This document shows, in pieces, positions 50,763 to 59,982 of a DNA stretch of 64,000 nt. The first letter of the stretch is position 1, and each line of letters starts with the position of its first letter. The notes beneath the pieces were generated by a model. It ran no database searches. It had not been told where the DNA came from and saw only the letters and a program-made list of their open reading frames with translations. Location of the stretch: positions 192,001 through 256,000 of the forward strand of contig OY970368.1 of assembly GCA_963718615.1 (NCBI GenBank), written 5' to 3'. The position numbers were made by a program, and so were the translations under genes. Source of the DNA: an uncultured cyanobacterium (GTDB taxonomy: Bacteria > Cyanobacteriota > Cyanobacteriia > PCC-9006 > JAAUQQ01).

Positions 50763-51098
50763 AGCGCTCGGGCTCAAATCCAAGTTTTGCCCCAGGGACG
50801 AGAAGAAGCAGAACGTTTTCTGCAAAAGCCGCAATCTGAGCGAGGTCAATATCTAGAGCGTGTAAGTCAGCTCATCCAAGGTTTTGAAACGCCCTACGGC
50901 ATGGAGATGCTAGCCACTTTGCACTGGATTGCTCAGGAAGACCCAGAGGCAACCCAGAATGTGGATGTTGCGATTCAGCGTGTTGAGGAGTGGAGCAATC
51001 GGAAGAAAAATCTCTTCAAGCCACGCCATCTAGAAACTGCATGGAAGCATCTTCAGAGACAGGGCTGGTTCGAGGCGAAAGCAGCTACCCCCCAGTAA
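50763..51098 (+). pseudogene. darG: DarG antitoxin C-terminal remnant lacking the macrodomain
   Basis: RV..LI.GFETPYGMEMLATLHW, W..RKK.LF. Confidence 0.72.
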
Positions 51099-51147
51099 AA
51101 GCAAACAGCTTTAAGAACTGTATGGCGCTGGCGCTATCCTTGTAGCT

Positions 51148-52869
51148 ATGGCCACGCTCAACTTCAACACCACCAACGCCACCTTTCGCCAACTCCTCGG
51201 CAATGGGCTCACCTACCATGTCCCCCCCTTCCAGCGCGACTACTCCTGGGGCGAAGACGAATGGGACGACCTCTGGCAGGACATCACTGCTCTATTTGAA
51301 GCAGACGGTGACCCCGCCCACTACATGGGCTACCTAGTCTTACAGTCCTCCGACAGCAAGCATTTTGACATTATCGACGGCCAGCAACGACTCACCACCC
51401 TCAGCATCATGGCGCTGGCGGGCCTGTCCTATCTGAATGACCTCGTGGCCGCCGGACTTGATGCCGATAATAACCGCCGTCGCAAAGAGCAGCTTCAGAA
51501 CAGCTACATTGGCTACGTGGATCCGGTCAGTCTCGTGCCGCGCTCCAAGCTGTCGCTCAACCGCCACAATGACCGTTTCTACCAAACCTACCTAGTGCCC
51601 CTAGAACGCATTCCCCAGCGGGGCCTCAATGCCTCTGAGCACCAACTCCGCAAAGCTTTTAGTTGGTTTAAAGATCCTCTCAAAAGCCGGTTTGGCACAG
51701 AGCCCGACAGCGGTAAAACCTTTGCTGCGTTTCTCGACGCCCTGGTCGATAAGCTATTCTTCACCGTCATAACGGTCACCGACGAACTCAACGCCTTCAA
51801 AGTCTTTGAGACCCTTAATGCCCGAGGGGTGCGCCTCTCCTCCACCGATCTACTCAAAAATTACCTCTTCTCTCTGATCAGCACCGCAGATACCCACGAG
51901 ACCGAAGTTCAGAGCCTGGAAAACCTCTGGGAAAGAATTGTGGGTCTCTTGGGCAGCGAAAGCTTCCCTGAGTTTTTGCGAGTGTTTTGGAACAGTCGCC
52001 ATCGGCTAGTCCGCAAGACCGATTTATTTAAGGCCATTCGCCGCAACATCACCACCCGCGAGGGGGCTTTTACCCTAGTCCGCGATCTTGATTATTGCGC
52101 CGACATTTATGCTGCCCTCCGGGACGCTCAGGACGACCGCTGGAACCCTGATGAGCGTGAAGCCCTCCAGCAGCTAAAGATGTTTGGCGTTCGCCAGCCG
52201 CTATCCATGCTCTTGGCCTGCTACCAACGGTTCTTTTCTGTGGACCGACGCTCGTTTACTCGCATTCTTAGCGCGATCGCCGTGATCTCGCTGCGATACA
52301 ACGTTATCTGTAGCCTGCCCACCCACGAACAGGAGACCCTGTATAACGAAATTGCCTGGAAGGTCTCTGATAGCACCTACACCAGCTACTCCCAGATACG
52401 CGAGGCTCTCCAGCGCGTCTATCCAGACGACCCACAATTCAAAGGAGCCTTTGCTGAAAAAGAGCTACGCACCACCAACAGCCGCAATAAAAAGATCGTG
52501 CGTTACATCCTGTTTGCTCTTGAGAAGCAGCGTTCTGGCCAAGATTTTGACTTTGAAAGCGCCACTTACAACCTAGAGCACATTCTGCCCGAGCATCCCT
52601 CCGAGGATTGGGCTTACATTGAAGAAGCCAAACAAAACCGGCTGATCTATCGTCTGGGTAACATAACGCCCCTCGAAACAGCCCGCAATCGAGATTTAGG
52701 CAACGGTGACTATGCAACCAAGCGAGCTGCCTATCAGCGGAGCGACTTTCAGATGACCCAAGCCGTGGCCGAACGCTACGACACCTGGGATGAACAAAAA
52801 ATTGAGGCTCGGCAGAAACACATGGGCGATGTAGCTGCTAGCATTTGGCGGATTGATTTTGGCGATTAA
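51148..52869 (+). CDS. DUF262 + DUF1524 (GmrSD-like) HNH nuclease
   Basis: VP.FQRDYSW, IDGQQRLTT, FETLNARG; EHILP...LGN...N. Confidence 0.9.
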   Translation: MATLNFNTTNATFRQLLGNGLTYHVPPFQRDYSWGEDEWDDLWQDITALFEADGDPAHYMGYLVLQSSDSKHFDIIDGQQRLTTLSIMALAGLSYLNDLVAAGLDADNNRRRKEQLQNSYIGYVDPVSLVPRSKLSLNRHNDRFYQTYLVPLERIPQRGLNASEHQLRKAFSWFKDPLKSRFGTEPDSGKTFAAFLDALVDKLFFTVITVTDELNAFKVFETLNARGVRLSSTDLLKNYLFSLISTADTHETEVQSLENLWERIVGLLGSESFPEFLRVFWNSRHRLVRKTDLFKAIRRNITTREGAFTLVRDLDYCADIYAALRDAQDDRWNPDEREALQQLKMFGVRQPLSMLLACYQRFFSVDRRSFTRILSAIAVISLRYNVICSLPTHEQETLYNEIAWKVSDSTYTSYSQIREALQRVYPDDPQFKGAFAEKELRTTNSRNKKIVRYILFALEKQRSGQDFDFESATYNLEHILPEHPSEDWAYIEEAKQNRLIYRLGNITPLETARNRDLGNGDYATKRAAYQRSDFQMTQAVAERYDTWDEQKIEARQKHMGDVAASIWRIDFGD

Positions 52870-52883
52870 ACCCAATCCTTCGG

Positions 52884-52979
52884 TCACAAGTCACCCAACA
52901 ACACCCGCATCGCCTTCAACGCGGGTCGCTTCTTCCCATTCGTCACCTTGGCAAACCAATAGTGCGCCTCCTCATCAAT
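52884..52979 (-). pseudogene. C-terminal remnant of a small protein
   Basis: Minus strand reads IDEEAHYWFAKVTNGKKRPALKAMRVLLGDL-stop; GC-rich coding-like segment that ends abruptly at about 52980. Confidence 0.5.
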
Positions 52980-53108
52980 GGGTATCAGTACAAGAATCTT
53001 GTAAAGTCTCACTTGATTCTAGAGTGTAAAATAACACTCAACCTCAGCATCCCCAGGAAATGAAACCAGAGTTCTGGCACACCTGATTGTTAATAACTCT
53101 CTTTTCCG

Positions 53109-53771
53109 TCAACGCTTCAGCGCCAACGTCAGCCCATCGGCAATGGGGACCAGACTCAAGGCCACCCGCTCATCTCCATGGAGCATTTGGTTAAACTCCC
53201 GAATCGCTACCGTGCGGGCGTCTGTATCGCTGGGATCCGCCACGCGCCCAGACCAGAGGACATTATCAATGGCAATTAATCCGCCCGATCGCACCAGTTG
53301 CAAACATTGCTCGTAGTAGCGGGGATAGTTACGTTTATCCGCGTCGATGAAAGCAAAATCAAAGCTCCCGGCCTGTCCTTGCGCCAAAAGCTGGTCGAGG
53401 GTGTCTAGGGCGGAGCCGAGACGGAAGTCTATTTTATGCTCAACCCCCGCAGCGGCCCAGTAGCGCTGGGCGATCGCCGTGGCTTCCGGATCCACATCAC
53501 AGGCAATGACCTGACCCGCTGGGGGCAGCGCCAAGGCTACGGATAAACTGCTATAGCCTGTGTAAACGCCCACCTCGATCGTGCGCTTTGCGCCTAGTAA
53601 CTGCACCAGCAAGGCCATGAACTGCCCCTGCTCCGGGGCGATTTGCATGATGGCTCCTGGCAGGTCTTGGGTTTCGGCCCGGAGTTTTTGCAGGATTTCC
53701 GGTTCGCGTAGGGAGTTGGCTTGGAGGTAGGTGTGGAGTTCGGGGCTGAGGTTGAGGGTTTTGGGGGTCAT
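53109..53771 (-). CDS. Caffeoyl-CoA-type O-methyltransferase (Methyltransf_3)
   Basis: MQI.PEQGQF, EVGVYTGYS, FIDADK, DNVLWSG, DGLTL. Confidence 0.93.
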   Translation of the reverse strand: MTPKTLNLSPELHTYLQANSLREPEILQKLRAETQDLPGAIMQIAPEQGQFMALLVQLLGAKRTIEVGVYTGYSSLSVALALPPAGQVIACDVDPEATAIAQRYWAAAGVEHKIDFRLGSALDTLDQLLAQGQAGSFDFAFIDADKRNYPRYYEQCLQLVRSGGLIAIDNVLWSGRVADPSDTDARTVAIREFNQMLHGDERVALSLVPIADGLTLALKR

Positions 53772-53820
53772 GGGGTATTGGGGTATTGGGGTGGGATTTG
53801 AAGATTGGGGTCTGGGGTTA
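53771..53820. repeat. Degenerate STRR-like heptamer repeats (TGGGGTAT/TGGGTAT)
   Basis: tggggtattgggtattggggt... directly upstream of the methyltransferase start. Confidence 0.5.
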
Positions 53821-53876
53821 TTTTGGCAGATGGAATTGCGGGGAGAGCTTGCTAAGCTGGAGGGGGGATATGAATC

Positions 53877-54449
53877 ATGGGAGAACTGCGGATGAGTGGG
53901 CGATCGCAACAAGTTAAGACCTGGGTTAGAAGCCTGGGCAAGACCCTGGCTCAGACCCTGACTCAGACTCTGAAATCTGGCTTGATTTTGGGGGTTGTGC
54001 TGCTGCTGCTGACGGGCTGTGGGGCGCGGGGGCCGGAGAGTAAGGTGGTGAAACGGGCGATCGCCATCGAGTTTGAACAAACCCAGCAAGCTTTGAGCCA
54101 GCAACTGCGCACGCCTGTTCCCAAGTTTAAGATTGAACGGGTATCAGTCAAGAACAAAACGCCGTTGCGGCTCGAGGGACTGCAAGGCTTTCGGGTACAG
54201 GGGGAGTATGACGCGAATGTGAAATTTCCGAAGCAACGCTACGAACAGCACCACAATCCCTTTGATGTGTATTTGCAACAGCAGTCGGATGGGGAAACCT
54301 GGCGACTCGCAATTCCTCAGAAGGGCAAGGGGGAGGTCGCGGCTCGGCCTCAATGGACAACCTATCAACTGTTTGAGCCTAAGCCGGAGAAAACAGCGGT
54401 AAAGAAAGTTGAGCCTAAACCGATTCAAACAACAGACCCGGCTGCATAA
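53877..54449 (+). CDS. Hypothetical lipoprotein
   Basis: Lipobox LLLTGC; NPFDVYLQ, TWRLA. Confidence 0.75.
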   Translation: MGELRMSGRSQQVKTWVRSLGKTLAQTLTQTLKSGLILGVVLLLLTGCGARGPESKVVKRAIAIEFEQTQQALSQQLRTPVPKFKIERVSVKNKTPLRLEGLQGFRVQGEYDANVKFPKQRYEQHHNPFDVYLQQQSDGETWRLAIPQKGKGEVAARPQWTTYQLFEPKPEKTAVKKVEPKPIQTTDPAA

Positions 54450-54568
54450 GTTTTGGATTCCTAACGTATAGACCTATAGCCTTAGGGCATAGGGCGTTTT
54501 TGGGCCTGGTGGGCGATCGCCGACTGGGCCTTTTTTATCGATTGACGCTGATTCCTGCCCATAAAACT

Positions 54569-54985
54569 ATGACTGGCGAAACCCATTTAGAGACATTATT
54601 GCGATCGATGCAACCAGCGTTACATCCGGGAGAATTCGTATTCTGTACCTTACCCGATGAAGCCCGTGACCTCCGCTGGATTCTGCGCCAATGTGCAGAA
54701 TTTGAGCCCATTGGACAATTTCGGGAGGTGGAGGGCTTGACGGTTATTGTAGAACGCTGGCAGGCAGAGAAAGCCAATTTGCCCTATGGTACTGTGTTCT
54801 CCAGGATTACCCTCACCGTCCATTCGAGTCTGGATGCGGTGGGATTTCTTGCCAAAATCACAACTGAGTTGGCTCGGCATCAGATTAGCGTCAACACGGT
54901 TTCAGCCTATTATCATGACCATTTATTTGTGCCCTGTGGTCGAGCGCAAGACACCCTAAAAGTTCTAAACAGTCTCGCTTTCTGA
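54569..54985 (+). CDS. ACT domain protein (DUF2241/ACT_3 type)
   Basis: GET.L..LL.SM.P, FVFC, ITLTVHSSLDAVG, SAYYHDHLFV. Confidence 0.88.
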   Translation: MTGETHLETLLRSMQPALHPGEFVFCTLPDEARDLRWILRQCAEFEPIGQFREVEGLTVIVERWQAEKANLPYGTVFSRITLTVHSSLDAVGFLAKITTELARHQISVNTVSAYYHDHLFVPCGRAQDTLKVLNSLAF

Positions 54986-54999
54986 CCCGCCATGGACGA

Positions 55000-55021
55000 G
55001 GGGCGAACTCATGTTCACCCC
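55000..55021. repeat. REP-like palindrome related to 26138-26157
   Basis: GGGGCGAAC-TCAT-GTTCACCCC. Confidence 0.5.
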
Positions 55022-55033
55022 ACAGGTGTTAGA

Positions 55034-55069
55034 CCAACCTAGGCCAACCTAGGCCAACCTAGGCCAACC
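55034..55069. repeat. 10-bp tandem repeat CCAACCTAGG x3.6 spanning the hemB stop
   Basis: Direct reading of the sequence. Confidence 0.85.
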
Positions 55070-56039
55070 AGCGGGCCGCATCCTTGGCGTGGTAGGTCAA
55101 AATCAGATCTGCCCCCGCGCGCTTAAAGCTGGTCAATGTTTCAAGTACAACTCTTTCCTCGTCGATCCAGCCGTTCAGCGCCGCTGCTTTCACCATGGCG
55201 TATTCACCCGAAACGTTATAGGCCGCGACTGGCAGTTCCGTGATTTCCTTAATGCGCCAGATGATGTCCATGTAGGACAGCGCCGGTTTGACCATGACAA
55301 AATCGGCCCCTTCTACAATGTCCAGCTCCACTTCCCGGAGCGCTTCGCGGCCATTGCCGGGGTCCATTTGGTAGGTGCGGCGATCGCCAAACTGGGGACT
55401 CGAATCTGCCGCATCCCGGAAAGGACCATAGTAAGCCGATGCATATTTCGCTGAGTAGGCCATAATCGGCGTATCCGTAAATCCGGCCCCATCCAGCCCT
55501 TCACGAATGGCCTCCACAAAGCCATCCATCATCCCCGACGGTGCAATGATATCGGCTCCGGCCTTAGCCTGAGACACGGCAACTTTTTTGAGCAGTTCTA
55601 GGGTGGGATCATTCAAAACCCGGCCCGTCAAATCGCCGGTTTCCAAATAACCACAGTGACCATGGCTGGTATATTCGCAAAGACAGGTATCCGTCACCAC
55701 CACCAAATTCGGCACCGCTTCCTTCACTGCCGTGGTGGCCTTTTGAACAATGCCACAATCATGCCAAGCGCCGGTGGCTTCTAGGTCCTTGCTATCAGGA
55801 ATTCCGAACAAAATCACCGAGGGAATGCCGAGGTCATACACCTCCTTGGCTTCTTCGACGATCTTGTCGATGGAGAGTTGATACACCCCTGGCATCGACT
55901 TCACTTCTTGGGCGACCCCTTCCCCCGGTACCGCAAACAGGGGATAGATAAAGTCGTTGACGGTAATCGTGTTTTCCCGCACCATGCGGCGCAGGGTTTC
56001 GGTTTGGCGCAAACGGCGGGGACGATGGCTAGGAAACAT
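55059..56039 (-). CDS. hemB: Porphobilinogen synthase
   Basis: [46 protein letters not shown]. Confidence 0.98.
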   Translation of the reverse strand: MFPSHRPRRLRQTETLRRMVRENTITVNDFIYPLFAVPGEGVAQEVKSMPGVYQLSIDKIVEEAKEVYDLGIPSVILFGIPDSKDLEATGAWHDCGIVQKATTAVKEAVPNLVVVTDTCLCEYTSHGHCGYLETGDLTGRVLNDPTLELLKKVAVSQAKAGADIIAPSGMMDGFVEAIREGLDGAGFTDTPIMAYSAKYASAYYGPFRDAADSSPQFGDRRTYQMDPGNGREALREVELDIVEGADFVMVKPALSYMDIIWRIKEITELPVAAYNVSGEYAMVKAAALNGWIDEERVVLETLTSFKRAGADLILTYHAKDAARWLA

Positions 56040-56128
56040 GGTGGTTTAGAAGAGCGTTTTGCTATGGCTGTTTTTGTATAGTCTAGAATCCCCGTGTCTC
56101 TCCCTAGCCCATGTTCACGTAACGTTCT

Positions 56129-57007
56129 ATGAATACATCCGTGAAAAAATCCGTGAAGACATCCGTTGCCGAGAATTTGCCCGAGGGCTTTGTCTGGGGT
56201 GCGCGCACCTACCTCATGGGAATTCTCAACGTCACCCCCGATAGCTTTAGCGATGGCGGGCAGTTTCATGAGCGGGAGAAGGCGATCGCCCAGGCCCATC
56301 ACCTCCTCCAAGCCGGAGCCGACATCCTCGATATTGGGGGCCAATCCACGCGCCCCGGTGCTGAGCAAATTTCGCTCCAGGAAGAACTCGATCGCACGAT
56401 TCCGGTCATTCAAGCCATTCGAGCCCAGGTGAGTGAGCAGATTATGATTTCCATCGATACGACGCGGGTGGAGGTTGCACGGGCGGCGATCGCAGCAGGG
56501 GCTAACTGGCTCAACGATATTTCTGGGGGAACATTTGAACCCGAAATGCTCAAACTTCCCGCAGCGCTAGGGGTTCCCCTGATCCTGATGCACATTCGCG
56601 GTACCCCCCAGACGATGCAGTCGCTGACGGACTACGAGGATCTCATGGGCGAAATCACAGACTTTTTCCAAACGCAAGCTCAAGCCGTTCTGGAAGCGGG
56701 TGCTCAACCGGGACAAATCATTCTCGACCCTGGGATTGGCTTTGCGAAAACCTATGAGCAGAACATAGAACTTCTTAGGGAACTGGGGCAACTGCGAGAC
56801 CTAGGCTATCCGCTGCTGGTGGGTCCCTCGCGCAAAAGCTTTATTGGTAAGATTCTCGACCAGCCCGACGCCAAACAGCGAGTTTGGGGAACAGCGGCGG
56901 CTTGCTGTGGGGCGATCGCCACCGGAGCCGATATCCTGCGAGTCCATGATGTGGCTGAGATGCGGGATGTTTGCCGGGTAGCGGATGCCCTTTGGCGATC
57001 GCCCTAG
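56129..57007 (+). CDS. folP: Dihydropteroate synthase
   Basis: MGILNVTPDSFSDGG, STRPG, DPGIGFAK, SRKSF, RVHDV. Confidence 0.97.
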   Translation: MNTSVKKSVKTSVAENLPEGFVWGARTYLMGILNVTPDSFSDGGQFHEREKAIAQAHHLLQAGADILDIGGQSTRPGAEQISLQEELDRTIPVIQAIRAQVSEQIMISIDTTRVEVARAAIAAGANWLNDISGGTFEPEMLKLPAALGVPLILMHIRGTPQTMQSLTDYEDLMGEITDFFQTQAQAVLEAGAQPGQIILDPGIGFAKTYEQNIELLRELGQLRDLGYPLLVGPSRKSFIGKILDQPDAKQRVWGTAAACCGAIATGADILRVHDVAEMRDVCRVADALWRSP

Positions 57008-57148
57008 TCAACAGGCTTGGCAGCCTGGGTCACTGCTAGGATGGGAACCACCGCCGCATTCGCTTCGGAGCACCACGAAAAGCTTGCTCTATCCCCTATC
57101 ATGATCATCTACGTCCCAGTGGCCATGTCTTAGGGGTCAGTCTCATTT

Positions 57149-58222
57149 ATGTCTTGGTGGCAAAAACTCAAAACCAACCCCCTCGCCCGCTTCGGTGCCA
57201 CGATTCTGCTGATTCTCTACATCGCGGTAATTTTTGCAGACTTCGTCGCGCCCTATAGCCCCTACGAGTTTCAGCCCAACGGTTCACTGCTGCCGCCCAC
57301 GCCGATTTATTGGAAAAATGCCCAGGGTGACTTTATTGGTCCTCACGTCTATCCCACGATGCAGGGGCCGGTGGACTTGGACACGGGCGATCGCCCCCTC
57401 CTCGTCGATCGCGATCAACCCTCACCCATCCGGCTTTTCCCCAAAAGCAATGCCTACAAACTTTGGGGCCTGATCCCGCTGAATCGGCATTTGTTCGGCA
57501 CGGTAGGACCGGGACGGTTAAATTTACTCGGGACCGATGACCAGGCGCGGGATCAGCTCAGCCGGTTGCTCCATGGGGGGCGAGTGAGTTTGTTTGTGGG
57601 GGTGGTGGGGACGGCGATCGCCTTCCCCCTCGGCATGTTGATCGGCGGCATCGCGGGTTACTTTGGCGGCTGGATTGACGGCACGCTCATGCGTCTGGTG
57701 GAGGTGCTGATGACGATTCCCAGCCTGTACCTATTGGTGGCGCTAGCGGCGATTTTGCCACCGGGGTTGAGCAGTGCCCAGCGGTTTTTGCTGATTGTCT
57801 TGATTACATCGTTTATTAGCTGGTCGGGTCTGGCACGGGTGATTCGAGGGGAGGTGCTGTCGCTCAAGCAACGGACGTTTGTCCAGGCCGCCAAGGCCAT
57901 GGGGGCCAGCAGTTTTTCAATTATTGTGCGCCATATCCTGCCCCAAACCGCGACCTACATCATCATTGCGGCGACGTTGACGATTCCTAGCTTTATTGTC
58001 ACGGAGTCAGTCTTGAGCCTTGTGGGCTTAGGCATTCAGCAGCCGGATCCCTCCTGGGGCAATATGCTCTCCCTGGCGACGAATCCCTCAATTATGGTGC
58101 TCCAGCCCTGGCTGATTTGGCCCCCGGCGGCGTTGATTGTGCTGACGGTTTTAGCCTTTAACCTATTGGGTGATGGTTTGCGGGATGTGCTGGATCCGCG
58201 TAATTCCCAGACTTCTTCCTAG
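57149..58222 (+). CDS. Oligopeptide/dipeptide ABC transporter permease (OppC/DppC type)
   Basis: LGTD..ARD..SRL, AAKAMGAS, PSWGNML, NLLGDGLRD.LDP. Confidence 0.92.
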   Translation: MSWWQKLKTNPLARFGATILLILYIAVIFADFVAPYSPYEFQPNGSLLPPTPIYWKNAQGDFIGPHVYPTMQGPVDLDTGDRPLLVDRDQPSPIRLFPKSNAYKLWGLIPLNRHLFGTVGPGRLNLLGTDDQARDQLSRLLHGGRVSLFVGVVGTAIAFPLGMLIGGIAGYFGGWIDGTLMRLVEVLMTIPSLYLLVALAAILPPGLSSAQRFLLIVLITSFISWSGLARVIRGEVLSLKQRTFVQAAKAMGASSFSIIVRHILPQTATYIIIAATLTIPSFIVTESVLSLVGLGIQQPDPSWGNMLSLATNPSIMVLQPWLIWPPAALIVLTVLAFNLLGDGLRDVLDPRNSQTSS

Positions 58223-58247
58223 AGGGAATCAAGGAAGAAGTCTGGGA
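58205..58247. terminator. 16-bp-arm perfect hairpin between convergent genes
   Basis: TCCCAGACTTCTTCCT-N11-AGGAAGAAGTCTGGGA. Confidence 0.65.
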
Positions 58248-58259
58248 TAGTTTTAATGG

Positions 58260-59900
58260 TTAATAAAGGAGGGGTAAGGTCTCAAACTCGGCGAATTCAG
58301 ACTCCAAATGCCATTGAGTTTGGGCGCGATCGCTCTCTTTCAACAAAACGGCACATCCATCAGATATCGTGGCTGAGCCCGGTGTGTCGTTGTCACAAGC
58401 CGGATCCATCGCTGTAAACTCACCAGACCGCCACAGACTTTTACCTTCTAGAAAGCTATGTTCCAAACTGTTGCGAGCTAATTTTTTGAGATCTTTGTAA
58501 CCCAGACCATATCGACTAGCCGCGAGCAGATACTCATTGCTCAGATCGATGCGGGAGATCCCTTCATCATCAGACGCCAGCGTTATGGGGATTCCCGCTG
58601 CCCAATACTGCCGGAAAGGATGCTCTTCACCCTTCACATCCAAAATCACTTCATTGCTGGTAAGGCAGATTTCAACCAGTACGCCTCGCCGCCGCATCTC
58701 GGCCATGAGCTCCAAAGGATTATCCTCATAAAGCACATCAACCCCATGGCCAATGCGCTGGGCCTGGGCATCTTCTACCGCCTGACGAATATGAAAGCGC
58801 AACTCATGGGGGGGGACTAATCCGAGGGTTAATTCCCCGGCATGGAGCGCGACTTTGATATCAGGATATTGGCTGCGGAGGAACTTCAACATCTCCATCT
58901 GCAAGGTATAGTCCCGAAGGGCGAGGGGATGATCTTCCGGTGCGACTAGATTGAGCCCAACCACATGGGGATCCGCCTTCGCTAACTCAAAGGCATAGAG
59001 CAATTGAGCAAAGACCTCTACAGGACTTTTTGTACGAGTGGTTTGTTGCAGATAGCGAACGGTGACCTGACAACCAGGCTGGGCAGAGGCCGTGCCGCAC
59101 CCTAGGGTTTTAGGCAGTTCACGGTTGAGCTCCGCGAACTCCTGGCTACCTTTGTTGATAAGGGCCATTAAGCCCCGATCGAGCAGTTGTTGTCGCATTT
59201 TCGCGAAGTCACGATTCCAGCCTATGGTTCGGCCCAATTGACGCACTTCGCTGCCTTGGACGGTCAGCATTAATTCTAGATAGAAAATATGCTGAGAAGC
59301 CGCACGGTTCGCAACTTCCGCGACCATGTCATCTTGACGAGAAGGGGAGGATGAAATCGCAGAAAAGCCTGCAAATGCTTCAAAAAATTGATCATGGCCA
59401 GATTGCCCCGCAAAACTGAGGTTGCGGGTAGACCATTGATTGACTAGGGCGTCATAGGTTTCAGTGCGGTTCAATAATTCGGATGCGGGGAAATAGGTGC
59501 TACTCTGACCGCAGGCGCTGGGTTCGACTAAGGTTTTGGCACTGGGATCAACACAGTAGCCATCTTCGGCGGCCCATTTGAGGTAATTCTCCGCATAAAC
59601 GGCACCGCTCAGATGACTGTGGATGTCGCCCCCTTTGGGCATACGCTGGACAAAGGCACGCAGGAGAGAGGGGCGATCGCGGTGTTGTTCAAACCAGTCG
59701 GACACTCGGGATTCCGATCGTTGGGTTGTGCGCTGGGTTGTGCGTTGAGTTGTGCGCTGGGGGGCGGGTGCTTCTTGGGCTGCGACACCTGAAACGAGCA
59801 AGCTAGACGCGAAAAACAATCCCCAAAACAAGGATGATTTTGACGGTAGTAGGTGCATCGATAGACATCCTTGGTTGGGGTAGATACGACTCGGTTCCAT
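58260..59900 (-). CDS. Exported adenosine deaminase family protein (start may be ATG at 59858)
   Basis: Signal-like segment ending VAAQ; MPKGGDIHSHLSG, LHAGE, RIGHG, SDD. Confidence 0.88.
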   Translation of the reverse strand: MEPSRIYPNQGCLSMHLLPSKSSLFWGLFFASSLLVSGVAAQEAPAPQRTTQRTTQRTTQRSESRVSDWFEQHRDRPSLLRAFVQRMPKGGDIHSHLSGAVYAENYLKWAAEDGYCVDPSAKTLVEPSACGQSSTYFPASELLNRTETYDALVNQWSTRNLSFAGQSGHDQFFEAFAGFSAISSSPSRQDDMVAEVANRAASQHIFYLELMLTVQGSEVRQLGRTIGWNRDFAKMRQQLLDRGLMALINKGSQEFAELNRELPKTLGCGTASAQPGCQVTVRYLQQTTRTKSPVEVFAQLLYAFELAKADPHVVGLNLVAPEDHPLALRDYTLQMEMLKFLRSQYPDIKVALHAGELTLGLVPPHELRFHIRQAVEDAQAQRIGHGVDVLYEDNPLELMAEMRRRGVLVEICLTSNEVILDVKGEEHPFRQYWAAGIPITLASDDEGISRIDLSNEYLLAASRYGLGYKDLKKLARNSLEHSFLEGKSLWRSGEFTAMDPACDNDTPGSATISDGCAVLLKESDRAQTQWHLESEFAEFETLPLLY

Positions 59901-59982
59901 AGGGATGTATACAACACATAGCCCGATCGCAGCAACGGAGACGACCAGAATCTTTCTGACCCCTTAGCCCGCTGATGGATTC

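Noticed and set aside
52980-53090. Possible MITE or IS end (CAGGTGTGCCAGAAC on the minus strand; short PEFWHT-stop reading)
   Set aside because: I found no matching second inverted repeat or target duplication; an ISfinder search would be needed.
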